This document shows, piece by piece, positions 51,435 to 63,810 of a DNA stretch of 63,810 bases (positions are counted from its first letter, which is position 1; every line of letters begins with the position of its first letter). The notes under the pieces were generated by a model that ran no database searches, was not told the origin of the DNA, and saw only the letters and a list, made by a program, of their open reading frames with translations. The translations under genes and the position numbers were made by a program. The DNA is from Haliotis rufescens (taxonomy: Eukaryota), in assembly GCF_023055435.1 (NCBI RefSeq), contig NW_025963797.1:558001-621810 (forward strand). Reading direction: 5' to 3'.

Positions 51435-52890
51435 AAACACATGCCACATGCCACGTTCCACATATCACGCTACAATGTCAGACATCACACGACACTTATA
51501 TGCCAAATGCCATAACACAATGCACAGATAACATTTCAAATACCATATAACAGATATTACATGCCACATGCCACATTTCACATATCATATATCAGATGCC
51601 ACATTTCCCATGCAACAATTTCATATATCACATATCAGATGCCACATTTCACATATCACAAATAATATTTCACATATTACATGTTACACGCCACATTTCA
51701 CATGCCGCCACAATTTTATATATCACAAATCAGGTGCCACATTTCACATCACATATCACATTTCAGATGCCGCCACAATTTCATAGATCACATATCAGAT
51801 GCAACATTTCACATATCACATATCACATTTCACATATTACATGTCACACGCAACATTTTACATGCCACAATTTCATATATCACATATCAGATGCCACATT
51901 TCACATGTCAAGCACCACAGGCCACATTTCACATACCACATAGAACATGCCACATGACAAATATCACATTTTACATTTGACATGCCATATATCACATGCA
52001 ACAGTTCACATTCCACATTTACATATCACATTCCACATTTCAAAGACCAGATATCACATGCCATATTTCACACATCACAAATCACATGCCACATTTCAAA
52101 TAACATAATTCACATTCCACATATCACATATCGCTTGTCACATTTTAAATACCGGATATCACATGCCACATTTCAAGCATCTCATGCCGCATGAAGGACG
52201 CATTATTCATATCACATATAACATGCTTCATTTCAAATACAACATGTCACCTGCCACATTTCACATATCTCATATCACATATCACATGCCACATCTCAAA
52301 TACCAGACACCACATGCCGTATTTCACATATCACATATCACATGCCACATTTCACATATCACATATCACATATCACATGCCACATTTCAAATACCAAATA
52401 CCTCATGACACGACAAATATCACATATGACGCATCTTATACGACATGCCGCATGACATAGATCACATGCCACATACAATCACACAACACAGATGTCACAT
52501 ATCATATGACACGTGACACATATCACATATGGCACATCTCATACCGCATGCCGCATGACATAGATCACATGCCACATACAACCACACAACACAGATGTCA
52601 CATATCATATGACACGTGACACATATCACATATGGCACATCTCATACCGCATGCCGCATGACATAGATCACATGCCACATACAATCACACAACACAGATG
52701 TCACATATCATATGACACGTGACACATATCACATATGGCACATCTCATACCGCATGCCGCATGACATAGATCACATGCCACATACAATCACACAACACAG
52801 ATGTCACATATCATATGACACGTGACACATATCACATATGGCACATCTCATTCCACATGCCACATGACATAGATCACATGCCACATATAC
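51435..52890. repeat. CACAT-rich low-complexity tract ending in a 103-bp tandem repeat (~52444-52890, ~4 units)
   Basis: Period 103 (52444, 52547, 52650). Confidence 0.9.
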
Positions 52891-54367
52891 AGTCTCACAA
52901 CAGACTCGGCTATGTACAGATCACCGTCATGTAGGTGCAATATTGACGGGCGTGACGTTTAACAGCCAACACATGATATACTTTATTTGATATTTTGGCC
53001 GTGCACTAACATTGTTCCTTAATGATGAATCTGAGTGGTTAGTAAACCTTTAAAAACAAACACGGCCATGTCGATCGCATGGGTTTATTCAAATGCAGTT
53101 GCTTTTTCAACAAAAACGTTTGGTAAGATTTCCTTGTAAATAAGGAATGAAAAAGTGAATCCAACTAATTCGTTGACTAGTTTCATAAATAAGCTCTGGC
53201 AACGAACACACTACGCTGTCTGTTTTCTCCCATCCAAGGGCTATCCGGGATTCAAGTAAGTAGCATTACATACAGCTGTGTCTTATTCCCATTGTGTGGC
53301 AGGAACATGTTTGTTATCTTAGCTAACAAAATAATGCAATGTTTATTGTATAAATTCATGATCACATATTTTTCCTCAGAACAAGTATGATCGAGTTCAT
53401 TGTGCTGTGCTTGATGTCTCTTGTTTCCGCACAAGGTGAGAATGACGGGGGATAGTTCACCTTAATAAACCTACAGTAGGCGTTGATGTAATGTTGGTAG
53501 GATGTATCACACATGAACAGTGACGGCAATATGAGTCAGTCGTTTCCGTTTTACTATTATGTGTGTCTCTATCAAAACAAGACAAGTTTGACGTTTGATG
53601 TTTTAGAGCTTAATGTAGAGGTGTAATGCACAGGTAGACGTATCTTATTCATTATGTAATATACTTGAATGTATCGTGCATACTAACATAAGTGTTTAAA
53701 TTCAATTCTCAGCGATGAATACAAGTTCCGTTTCTCCTGCCCCACCATGCAAGGACAACCAACGTTGTTCACAGTGTGACAGCACGACGGGATATTGCCT
53801 CGAGTGTACTGCTGGGTATTTTGATACGAGATGCAGTTCTGTTTGCAATAAGAATTGTTTGAAAAGGAAATGCACACTTTCAAGCAACGGCAATGGCAAC
53901 TGTACTGTCGGTTGCGTATCTGGATACCTAGGTACAGCCTGCGAAATAACATGTGACAATCCAGGAGGTAACTGTACAGCATGTCCAGGTGGGTGTGATG
54001 GAGGATATTGTCAGCTGGGCTCCTCATGTGTGTCTGGATGTGTAGACTCCTACTATGGGGCTGGATGTAAGACGTGTTCAAGTAGGTGCAAGTCCTGAAA
54101 CAGGACGGCAGGAGAATGTACTGAGTGTCACGCTCCATATGTTGGTCCGAAGTGCGAATGTCCACCCTGCAATGGAACATATGAAGATTGTGAAATGGGT
54201 GGCTGTAAACAAGCATCGTGTGAGTATGTCTGTAACCGATACTCTGTTCTAAGCTTTGATATAAATGTAGGTAAACGTTCTTGATAACCCATCACCTATG
54301 AAGGATCCTTGAAAAGTATTCATTACATCCAAGATGGTCCTCCTTATGTAGCTCTAAACATGTAAGA

Positions 54368-54693
54368 TGTGAGGTGAGGTGAGGTGAAATGGGGTTTAAC
54401 GTCGCGTCCAAGATTATTGCACTTATAAAGCGACGTGTATGCACGTGTGTGTGAGTGTGGCTGCTTGTACTAGACCGGACTGGTGCCAATTCATAGTGCT
54501 AGCTCACGGAGATACCATGCCGCAGTTTAACATGAATATCCCACTCAGACACAATATACTGACTCCGAGCCGACCAGTCCTTGTGTTAGCCCCTTAATGC
54601 CGAGCGCCAGACAGGGTAACAGCAAGTACCATCTTTTAACGTCTTTTTGTATGACGCGGCTGGGGACGCTCTACCACTAGACCACGGAGGCGG
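54368..54693 (-). mobile_element. SINE family C with 13-bp TSD TAAACATGTAAGA
   Basis: TSD at 54355-54367 and 54694-54706. Body co-linear with 19796-20146. Confidence 0.85.
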
Positions 54694-55831
54694 TAAACAT
54701 GTAAGACACGTGGCTACCTGGGATTGTATGCATGGTTGTATACCTGGATGTTACGGTAAAACTACTACCATACTCGTGTAGTCTATCTGAATGTTGTTTC
54801 TCATCAGATGACAGGAACGTGTACAAGGACACTACGTAGGCGTACATTTCCCTCATACAGACACCTTGCTAATAGATGAATGTTGTGAAGACACTAAATC
54901 CTCAGTTTCTAATATCACACTTGTAAAACTGCTTAACTCAGTTACTTCCTCAATACAGTACATCACTATGCATGTATCCCCGGACACGTATGCTGGAAGG
55001 AAGGACGCCTAAATGGATCGGGATGTCAGTCTCGAAAGCCAGTCTGTCATGGTTCACAGAGAGTTGCACATAATACATCACTGGACTGCTTAGCCCAGAC
55101 TTGATTGCGTGCAGGCCGTCGTTTTAGAACGGGAGCATTGCTTAGTGCGACGTTAAAAAACACACCACACAGACACATTATCTGCATGCATGCCACGCAC
55201 ATGTGTAATGCACCTTAATATTTTACAATGTATACTTGTTCCTGGCGCTGTATGACTATGTTCTTTATTAAGGTGAACCTGATATATTCGCTATTTATTT
55301 GCTCAAGGACATGAAACAAGAGCTGATCTAGTGTGCATGACACTAATGACTAGTTCATTAAACATGTTTAAATATTTAGTAGCTCGTCTTTTTGCCAGAT
55401 GAGAATGACGATCAGAAGACAGGCAGTGTGCTGACTTGGCTGTTGGCATCACTGCTACTCCCTGTATCGGGCATCTTGCTGACACTCTGTCTCTGTTACT
55501 GCAAGCGTTTCCCCAAACAAAGGTGAGTTTGTCGCAGTGTTATGGTAACAGTCACTACATGACCCCTGTAGTGTGTAGTATGTTTATTGTACTTGGGGCT
55601 AAACAATTGACTCATGCTTCAAACCATACTTACTATTCACACCACTATGACTTATTTTTGAGTTTTGTCATGATATGTTAGCAATTCATACCAGTCAAAA
55701 CTTCATTTTTCCACTTATCAAATCAACGTAATTTAGTTAAAATGTTCAATGGAGGAAATTGTTATCATACCAATAGAAGACAGTTAACTCCCCGACAGGT
55801 TATTATTGTGCAATATTCACTTGTGGTTAAT

Positions 55832-56096
55832 GTTTGTTTGTTTGTTGTTTAATGCCGAAGTCAGAAGTATTCCAGCTATATGACGGCGGTCTGTAAATAA
55901 CCGAGCCTGGACCAGAAAAAGCCAGTGATTAATATCATGAGCATCGATTCATGCAATTTGGATCAATGACATGCATCAACCAAGTCCGCGAGCCTGGCCA
56001 CCCGATCCCGTTAGTCGCCTCTTATGACAAGCATAGTCGCCTTTTATGGCATAATGGGTTGCTGAAGACCTATTCTACCCCGAATGTTCACGGGTC
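55832..56096 (-). mobile_element. SINE family B
   Basis: Full-length reverse match. Confidence 0.85.
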
Positions 56097-57419
56097 TCTG
56101 GTGACTAAACGATAATAGGTAATGTACGCATGAGAAAATGCAGTATATGCACAAAGATCCTAAACACATACATATCTCTGTGTTGCAGGGAACAGGAGGA
56201 GCACCAGGATCAGATGCATCAAGATGAGGTGGAGTATCTGCAGTACTTACCTACAGTACAGGGAGATACACTTAATACTAACCGTCATTCGAATCATGCC
56301 TATTATGACGTTATCGATGGCGAGAAGGGTCCCGCCATTGTGTTCCTGTGACCGCTGATTATATGTTCCCTCGTTTATGTTGTATGACTTATCTATACAC
56401 AACTGTTCACTGTCTATTGAGCTATCAATTCCCTATTTTGTCAAGCGTCAGGTCGCGCTAGTTGTTGATGGCGTTGCTTTGTCGGTTTTATCAGTGGTGA
56501 TCTTCTGTTTGTTATTCCGCCTTCATTTAGCTGACCCTGTTCCCAAAGTATACAGCACTATACTACAACATTAACGTTAAAAACACGTGAAGTATATATG
56601 GTGAGCTTCAGATCGATCATGATGCCATGAACATTGATGCCACTACCCTATACAGTATACGTCTTTACTACCAGCTGTTAATACGTGTGTCTATTAGCAA
56701 TGTGTATATGGTGAGCTTCACATCGATCATAATGCCATGAACGTTGATGCCACTACCCTATACAGTATACGTACACGTCTATACCAGCTGATAATGCATG
56801 TGTCTATTAGCAATGGTGATATGAATCCAAAGTTGTTGTTATCATCTAACGTGTATAGAATACTATTTGTATTGTGTTAACAAGTGTCTCAGTCACGAAA
56901 GACGAGACGTAAACTTCGGGTCGTGTCGCTTCGGGTCAATGTTGTGTGTGTTTGTATTAATGTGCCATAAATTTGCAAGTAGTGCACACTAATTCTTAAT
57001 TTTCATGAAAGATTGAAAAAGATCAGGTGTGATATACTTGTACATTATAGTAATAAACATTCTACACTGTACACACGCTTCTGTTTGTTATTATTTATCT
57101 ATAAACTGTGGTAAAAAACAATTGTGCATCCATTAAATCACCACAACTTATGCAATTGCTGTGTGGTACCTCTATTTACTTGCTATGAAGGGTGATGTCA
57201 CTAACAAAGTAGCTTAAGAATATAATACACTCCAATGTATTATAGGCCTATACGGGTAGGGAGTTCATTCTGGAAACAAACATGAGAACTATTCGGCACA
57301 GTCTTCAACGATGTTCCTAATAGTGTAATACATTGCACATGGTGTACACACATTGAAACAACAGTGTCTGGATGCAGGTTTATTCTCGCATATATTCGTG
57401 TATAATGTTACAAAAATGG

Positions 57420-57855
57420 TTGATGCGAGTTTGGACCAGAGTATCCAGTGGTTGACATCATGAACATCGGTATATCGGTAACGATGACATGCATCCACCA
57501 AGTCATGGAGCATGATAATTCCATCTCGTTAGTCGCCTCCTCCGACAAGCATGGGTTCTTGAGACCAGTTCGAACACTTATCTTTACGAGTTGCTTTGAC
57601 AATGAGCAATTAGATTGTGTTTGATTTGTTTTTGTTGTTGTTTAAGGCACACTCAGCTGTATTCAAGCTATATTGCGACGGTTTGTAAATCATCGAGTGT
57701 GGAGCAGACAATCCAGTGATTGACAACATGAGCATCGATATACGTAATTGGGATACGATGACATTCATCAACCAAGTCTGCGCGTCTGACCACCCGATCC
57801 CGTTTCGCCTTTTTACGGCAAGCATGGGTTGCTGAAGACTTATTCTTATCCGGAG
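57420..57855 (-). mobile_element. Two tandem SINE family B copies (one partial)
   Basis: Reverse matches at ~57420-57595 and ~57625-57855. Confidence 0.7.
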
Positions 57856-58732
57856 CAATTAGATATCCTTCAATTGTCTTTCATTATAACAATGTATATA
57901 CTATATTTCCATCGTCCATCTGGGCAATTTTTAACGTTTTAAAAACTCAACAATATAAAATACGTTAACGTGCACAAGGGAGGCACAACGAACATATTTG
58001 TAGATTTGAAACCATAACACAATAGGGGCGAACAATGCCTGTTTTGTTCTACTGCGAGTTTAATTTAATCATTTGTTGAAGAAACACAACACACAGTTCA
58101 TCCGGTACAAATGCACAATAGTGTCATTAATCATCAACCCAACAACACCATACATTTAAATGGCCCGGGTTAGAATGTATCAGACCCAGGCGTCTAGTTT
58201 GCATAACCCCTAATGTTTCACCTGGTAAAACAGTGGACACGTAAATCCTAACCTGCTCAGTCAGAAACATATATATTTAGTCACAATACTGCTTCTGTTA
58301 ATAACGAGTGATGTCACTAGAACTGTTCCTGTCCGAGTTGCATTGTTGCTGAAGGTTGGCGTCACCGAGCACGGCGGGTGTAAAACAATAGGACAATGGA
58401 AAGCCCGTATCTCAACGTTGCGAGACTTAACAGATACACTCTGCTTGACCTTCTGCCTTGTGTACAATAGATACAGGCAGTGACACAGCAGGTCACCTTG
58501 AGATGTCCAGACAAGTGGAATGCTGACAACGTGTGTACACTAGATACAGGCAGTGACACAGCAGGTCACCTTGAGCTGTCCAGACAAGCGGAATGTTGAC
58601 AACGAAGCTGCATACGGAGATCGCCTGCAACACGTGGTACTTGCGTTATCGTCGTTGTGGTAAATGAATACAACAGCTACTGCTTCAGACATACCCTAAA
58701 AACACACGCGCATACTATACCCGGTCCCATAG

Positions 58733-58899
58733 AGTGAGTGTGTGAGTAGGGTTTTACGCCGCTTTTAGCAAAATTCCAACAATATCACGTCGGGGGACAC
58801 AAAACATGGGCTTCACACAATCTATCCATGTCGGAAATCGAACCCGGGTCTTCGGCGTGACGAGCGAACGCTTTAACCAATAGGCTTCTTAACCGCCCC
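58733..58899 (-). mobile_element. SINE family A
   Basis: Same head and tail as other family A copies. Confidence 0.85.
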
Positions 58900-59744
58900 C
58901 GGCCCTATAGTTATGGAAGTTGCAGTGATAAGATAAAATAGATGCCCAGTTTCTTGTCATGCCTCGTGTACATCAGAACACCTTTAAATGTCCACTGACA
59001 TGTTTGAAAAACGGAATTATTGGTTGTTTTGAGTGTCGTATATTGTAAGTGGCGTGTTCGGCACACTCATTGTTACTGAGGCAGAGGTCGAATTGAATAA
59101 AAGCGATACGGATATAATTGCAAAACTGGTTGTAAATAACGCCCACTTTACGTGCTGTATTAACAGCCCTTCAGCAAACCGCTTGTGATACACATGTTTA
59201 CGTGCTAGGTTGTATCAAGGCGCCATGAATAAAACATTGTCCTTCCCTATCAGAGCGGAAAACCCAGCCACCCTGTACTTGTTGGGGCACACTGACATGG
59301 TGACTTGAATCATTCATGTAACTTTGCACCACAGAATATTACATGATGTGTATTTGTCGACTGAGGAATCTGGAGCTACAGCAGTCAACCGTTTCTTCCC
59401 AGGTACAGCTAATTGCGGCGACTTATGTAAGGTCGTTATTTGTTAACCATCACAATGCGACCCCTGTAACATGTATTTGTATGATGCGTTATTTGTTTAT
59501 TGACATCTAAAGAAGCATTAACATTATTAAATATACAAATCTCCAGAAACCATTCAAAACTTTACTTGTCCTTGTATCATTTATCGATCGATTATCATGT
59601 GTGGCATCAAAGTAGAGGAAGTGATATTGCCGACATCCCTGTATAATATGCCAACCCGGTGTACGTACGAAGCTAGCAAACAGCTGCGTTTGCGCAAATT
59701 AAGCAGTAATTGGGTTTGGATGGCAAGTATAATCACAGGATTGG

Positions 59745-59996
59745 TTGTTTGGTTGGTTGTTTAACGCCGCCCTATGCAATAGTCCAGCTATACAACGGCA
59801 GTCAGGTCTTGACCAGACAATCCAGTGATTGATATCATGAGCATCGATCCGCGCAATTGAGATCGAAGACATGCATCAACCAATCGGCGAGCCTGACCAC
59901 CGATCCCGTTAGTCGCCTCTTACGACAAGCATAGTCGCCTTTTACGGCAAGCATGTGTTGCTGAAGACCTATTCTACCCCGGATCGTCACGGGTCA
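59745..59996 (-). mobile_element. SINE family B
   Basis: Reverse match, including the twin CGTAA(A/G)AGGCGACTA motif. Confidence 0.85.
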
Positions 59997-60930
59997 CGAA
60001 TGGTATGTACAGTTTAAGGGTATAGTCTGGGGCAACGAGCTTCTATCGCACGACAAGGCTGTATGGAAGCCTTTCTGTACAAGATCAACAATATACGCCC
60101 AACGAACACATCCAGGAAAACCCAAGGTTCGATCGCAAACTCTGCACAATATTGAGTCATGAAACATCAGTAATACTGCACCTATTCACTGAACTACAGT
60201 CACAGCATTCCAGGTGATTCCGGGTAGGAAAAAAGGTACCCAGCAACCTTTTCACAAAAGGCGATTAACGGAATCGGGTAGTTAGGTTCGCTGACTTTGT
60301 TGATCTTAATATTCCGTAGATGATCATGATTTCAGTCTCTAAAATGTCTGGTCCAGACTCGATTATTTACTGGCTGCCGTCATTCACCTGGAATATTGTT
60401 TAGTGTGTCGGTAAATAACACACAAACAGAACTGTCACAGCCGACCTTTCACATCTCGACATTCTCTCTTAGCTATCAACGAACAGCTAAAAGCACTTGT
60501 TATCTGGGGCATGTGAAGTGACATTAACGACACTGGTGCAGGGAAATGTGACCTGACTCTGTATATCTGTCAGGCTCCAATTACTGTGTGCAAGGTCGCT
60601 CGCTGACATATTACTACGTGATCAAGCCGGGCGTGTCATGTCATTTCTCGGAAATATGTACAAGGCCCTAAAGGGGCGCAAGGTAGTTGACATGTTTCCC
60701 TAATAAAAGAAAACAGAAAAACACAAACAAATTATTCATGTTTCTATAGTCATATTCATACATATTAACTTAGTTCACGCTATTGGTCAACTAGTTCTGA
60801 TAAATAGACACATTATTCCCTGATTGACCCATACTAGTTCCCCTACACATAGTAGACCCACCCCTGTTGCATTCCCGAGGAGTGAGGCTTGACAAGCCTG
60901 ACTGACCTGGTTGGGATTGATTGATTGATC

Positions 60931-61088
60931 TTTAAAACTGTTATACATACATGGCTGTGTGTTTTATGTACATGTAAGAAGTTTAAACCTGTTATACAGA
61001 CATGGCTGTGTGTTTTGTGTACATGTAAGAAGTTTAAAACTGTTGTACAGACATGGCTGTGTGTTTTGTGAACATGTAAGAAGTTTGA
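60931..61088. repeat. 51-bp tandem repeat x3
   Basis: Direct reading. Confidence 0.85.
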
Positions 61089-61602
61089 AACGTGGTGGAT
61101 CCGGGAGATTCCAAGAGTGGGATACCAGCGGGGACGACGGATTGAGCTGGTGTTTGGCGGGTACAACGTGTAGAGGTTAATGCAGTTTGTGGGTGGTTGT
61201 TTCGTGTTTGAATGAAGTGGGTAGGGAAAAGAGGGTTAGTGGGTAGCGGCTTAATCAGGGTATGAAAACGTTGAAACAGGAGAGGACGTCCGCAATTAAT
61301 AGAGATGCATCAAATGCATTCAGACACAGTTGAACGTGTTCTACGTGAATGCCCACGATGATATGATGGAGTGTCTTCATTCTGGTCCAAATATCTGTGA
61401 TAACCAGACTGTATGATATGTTCAACTTCCAAAGTGACTCACAACGCAAATCTCTCCTCTTCCCTGTTAACTTATAACATGTTTTGTACTCTCCTATCGA
61501 GGAATAAAAGCATATGGAGTAAATTACGGTTATAACGAACTCAAAGGGACCACTGAAGTTCGTTTTTACTGTAGTTTACTGTATGTGTCATCTGAAGGAA
61601 TA

Positions 61603-61855
61603 GTGAGTGAGTGAGTTAGTTGGGTTTAACGCTGCTTTAAACGGTGTTCCAGTTATATCGTGGCGTGTCAGCTTAATGTGGGCGGAAAGCCCAGTGAAAC
61701 CCATTAGCACGGGTATGGTGCTGACAAGCCTAGAAGCATAATCTGGGCGAACCGGGATTCAAACCAACAATCATAGGTTTCTGGCGTGCCCATGGGACGC
61801 AACTCTACACAACGAATCTCGGCGCCTTAGAGGCCTGGGCCACCCGTGGCCCCCT
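61603..61855 (-). mobile_element. tRNA-derived SINE family D
   Basis: Reverse head GGGGCCACGGGTGGCCCAGG..TAAGGCGCCGAGATTCG; (ACTC)n tail; related to 62911-63280. Confidence 0.7.
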
Positions 61856-62910
61856 ATGGAGGAATAATAGCATATACATGTCACCTGAAGGACAACGACT
61901 TTAAAGTGAACAGCACGGCTTAATCGTGCGGGCTGCATGAAATAGATGTTTCCTCGCACTACAGTTGACAAGTAGTCACGTCTCAATGTTGTTCATCTTA
62001 ATAAATAAAAAAATCGAAGCGTGAACATGATTTTGTAACGAAATCATTACATATTCTCTGTTCCACGTGATCTGGCTAGGAGCCGAACTAGAGCATGCTG
62101 GGACATATCTCACGACACCAGGACACAGTAGTATGGAGGAAAGACCTGGGACATCACGGTGAAAGATTAAAGGATATATTTCAGCATCACAGTGGTAAGT
62201 AAAATCTGCATTTACTATAATGAACCACACAAGCGATATTTCATCTCTATTCACCTTCTGAAACAGGGATGAGAAGCACAAACACCGGAATGCACTGATT
62301 AATATTTACATTCCGAGACGTGGGAAGGATAAATATAGCCTCATAGGTTATGTTTTTTGTTTACAGTAATGTTATGTTATTCACAGACACACCCGGCACG
62401 CAACGTAATATCCATATTTCACATGGTTCTTGGGTATCAGTATTATCGATCGTCATGTCCAACACAAGACATGTTTGTGTACTGCATTTCACTTCCGTCT
62501 TAAAGGTGTGTTGTACATTCGGTTTGGTGCACATTATGTATGTGTTTTTTTTTGTCTATGACTCACAGACAGAAACCTGACACCCAACCTTACTATAAAT
62601 AATTCACATAAGGAATTTATACCTGTCACAGATCGAAGTTCAGGTCACGCTGCCCTTCATCGTCGCTGTAGTTGTGTACTGCGTTCCACGTCCACGTTCA
62701 GTGTGTATTGCTCATTCGGGTGGCACAGTTCAGTCTCGAACGTGCATTTGGACCTGGAAATTATATTTCGACATATATTATATGACATTATGTGATCAAT
62801 AGGAACAGATGTTGCTGTCTTGCAGACAAACATGTGTCCTCTAGACAAAAACAAATACACAACTCGCATACCAGACTTCTTACTACAACTTAGTTGATGC
62901 TTGAGTACAA

Positions 62911-63280
62911 GGGGGCACGGGTGGCCCAGTCGGCTAAGGCGCCGCGATTCGCTGTGCAGAGTTGCGGCCCATGGGTACGCCAGGAACTTTTACATAAGGT
63001 CGTTATACCCCTTATTATACTGTGGGACGGGTGGCCCTGTCGTCAAAGGCGCCACAATTCGTTGTGTGGAGTTGCCTCCCTTGGGAACACCAGGAACCTA
63101 TGATTGTGGATACCAATCCCGATGTGCAACGTGGATGTTTCTAGGTTTCCAAGCACCAAACGTATGCTCGTCGGCTTCATCAACGAAGTTCGTATACACG
63201 TCGGACACATCAAGCTGACACACAGTGATATAACTGGAATGTCCTTCAAATCTGCGTTAAACCCAATCACTCAACCACCA
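62911..63280 (+). mobile_element. SINE family D with duplicated head
   Basis: GGGGGCACGGGTGGCCCAGTCGGCTAAGGCGCCG recurs at ~63025; tail GCGTTAAACCCAATCACTCA. Confidence 0.7.
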
Positions 63281-63555
63281 ACCTTATTCATCACATCGCA
63301 TATGCACAGAGTCATTGATGACCGTTGATCTTCCTTCATATTTCCCACGCATGAGTTTAGTTTTATCATACAGTGAGCGACATGCACCGAATCCAACTAC
63401 TAGCATTAGCTGTTTTCCATGACATGTTTCTAAAACCAGACAACCGGGATATGTATGCTTTAGCATATAGCAAAAACAACAACCAGAAGTAAACAAAGGC
63501 ACACATCGGGGATATTGGTCCTTACAACAGATTTCCCTGAAATATATTATCAACA

Positions 63556-63726
63556 CTGACTGACTGACTGAGTATGGTTTTACACCGCTTTTAGCAATAT
63601 TCCAGTAATATCACGGCGGGGAACACCAGAAATGGGCTTCACACATTGTACCAATGTCAGGGAATCGATCCCGGGTCTTCGGCGCGACGAGCGAAAGCTT
63701 TAACCACAAGTCTACCCGACCGCCCC
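63556..63726 (-). mobile_element. SINE family A with 12-bp TSD ATATTATCAACA
   Basis: TSD at 63544-63555 and 63728-63739. Confidence 0.85.
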
Positions 63727-63810
63727 AATATTATCAACAAATACACATATATACATATATACATATATAACTAATAACGGGATCGGGTGGTCGCATCTGT
63801 TCCCGGTGCT

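Larger units (their letters stand above)
53387..56351 (+). pseudogene. EGF-like single-pass receptor 4 with in-frame TGA at 54096-54098; join(53387-53435,53713-54219,55399-55522,56189-56351)
   Basis: Signal MIEFIVLCLMSLVSAQ. EGF exon highly similar to receptors 1 and 3. TGA replaces the Cys of CKxC. TM VLTWLLASLLLPVSGILLTLCLCYC-KR. Tail ends HAYYDVIDGEKGPAIVFL*. Confidence 0.75.

Noticed and set aside
51568-52460. His-rich ORFs
   Set aside because: CACAT low-complexity DNA open in all frames.
54096-54098. Selenocysteine at a TGA aligned to Cys
   Set aside because: It is a structural disulfide position and I recognised no SECIS. A one-base TGY to TGA nonsense change is simpler.

Overview
Eukaryotic, repeat-rich genomic DNA. 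The SINE families, EGF-receptor genes and nSTAND3-ankyrin gene point to a mollusc, probably a gastropod such as abalone; this is an inference. The ORF track is misleading here: its longest ORFs are minisatellites, and the real genes are spliced. By reading splice sites and intron phases I reconstructed four + strand paralogous single-pass receptors with Cys-rich EGF-like (MEGF10/SREC/Draper-like) ectodomains. All four share one exon plan: signal peptide | EGF exon | TM exon | cytoplasmic exon(s), with the first three introns in phases 1,1,2. Their cytoplasmic modules differ sharply. Receptor 1 (19719-23139) has a tail made of a 69-bp coding VNTR carrying repeated YxxI motifs. Receptor 2 (25681-36275) can be spliced in frame into a STAND-type (nSTAND3-like) P-loop NTPase followed by about 20 ankyrin repeats, i.e. 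a putative membrane-anchored NLR-like receptor; this copy carries about 9 disabling lesions. Receptor 3 (42876-44746) has a short tail whose last codons and stop have been amplified into a 75-bp minisatellite. Receptor 4 (53387-56351) has a nonsense codon and a partly intronised EGF exon. A separate small gene encodes three exact 50-aa Trp-motif repeats (13682-14119). The rest is minisatellites, at least four SINE families (several with TSDs), Tc1/mariner relics, a hairpin element, a local duplication and a 155-N gap.
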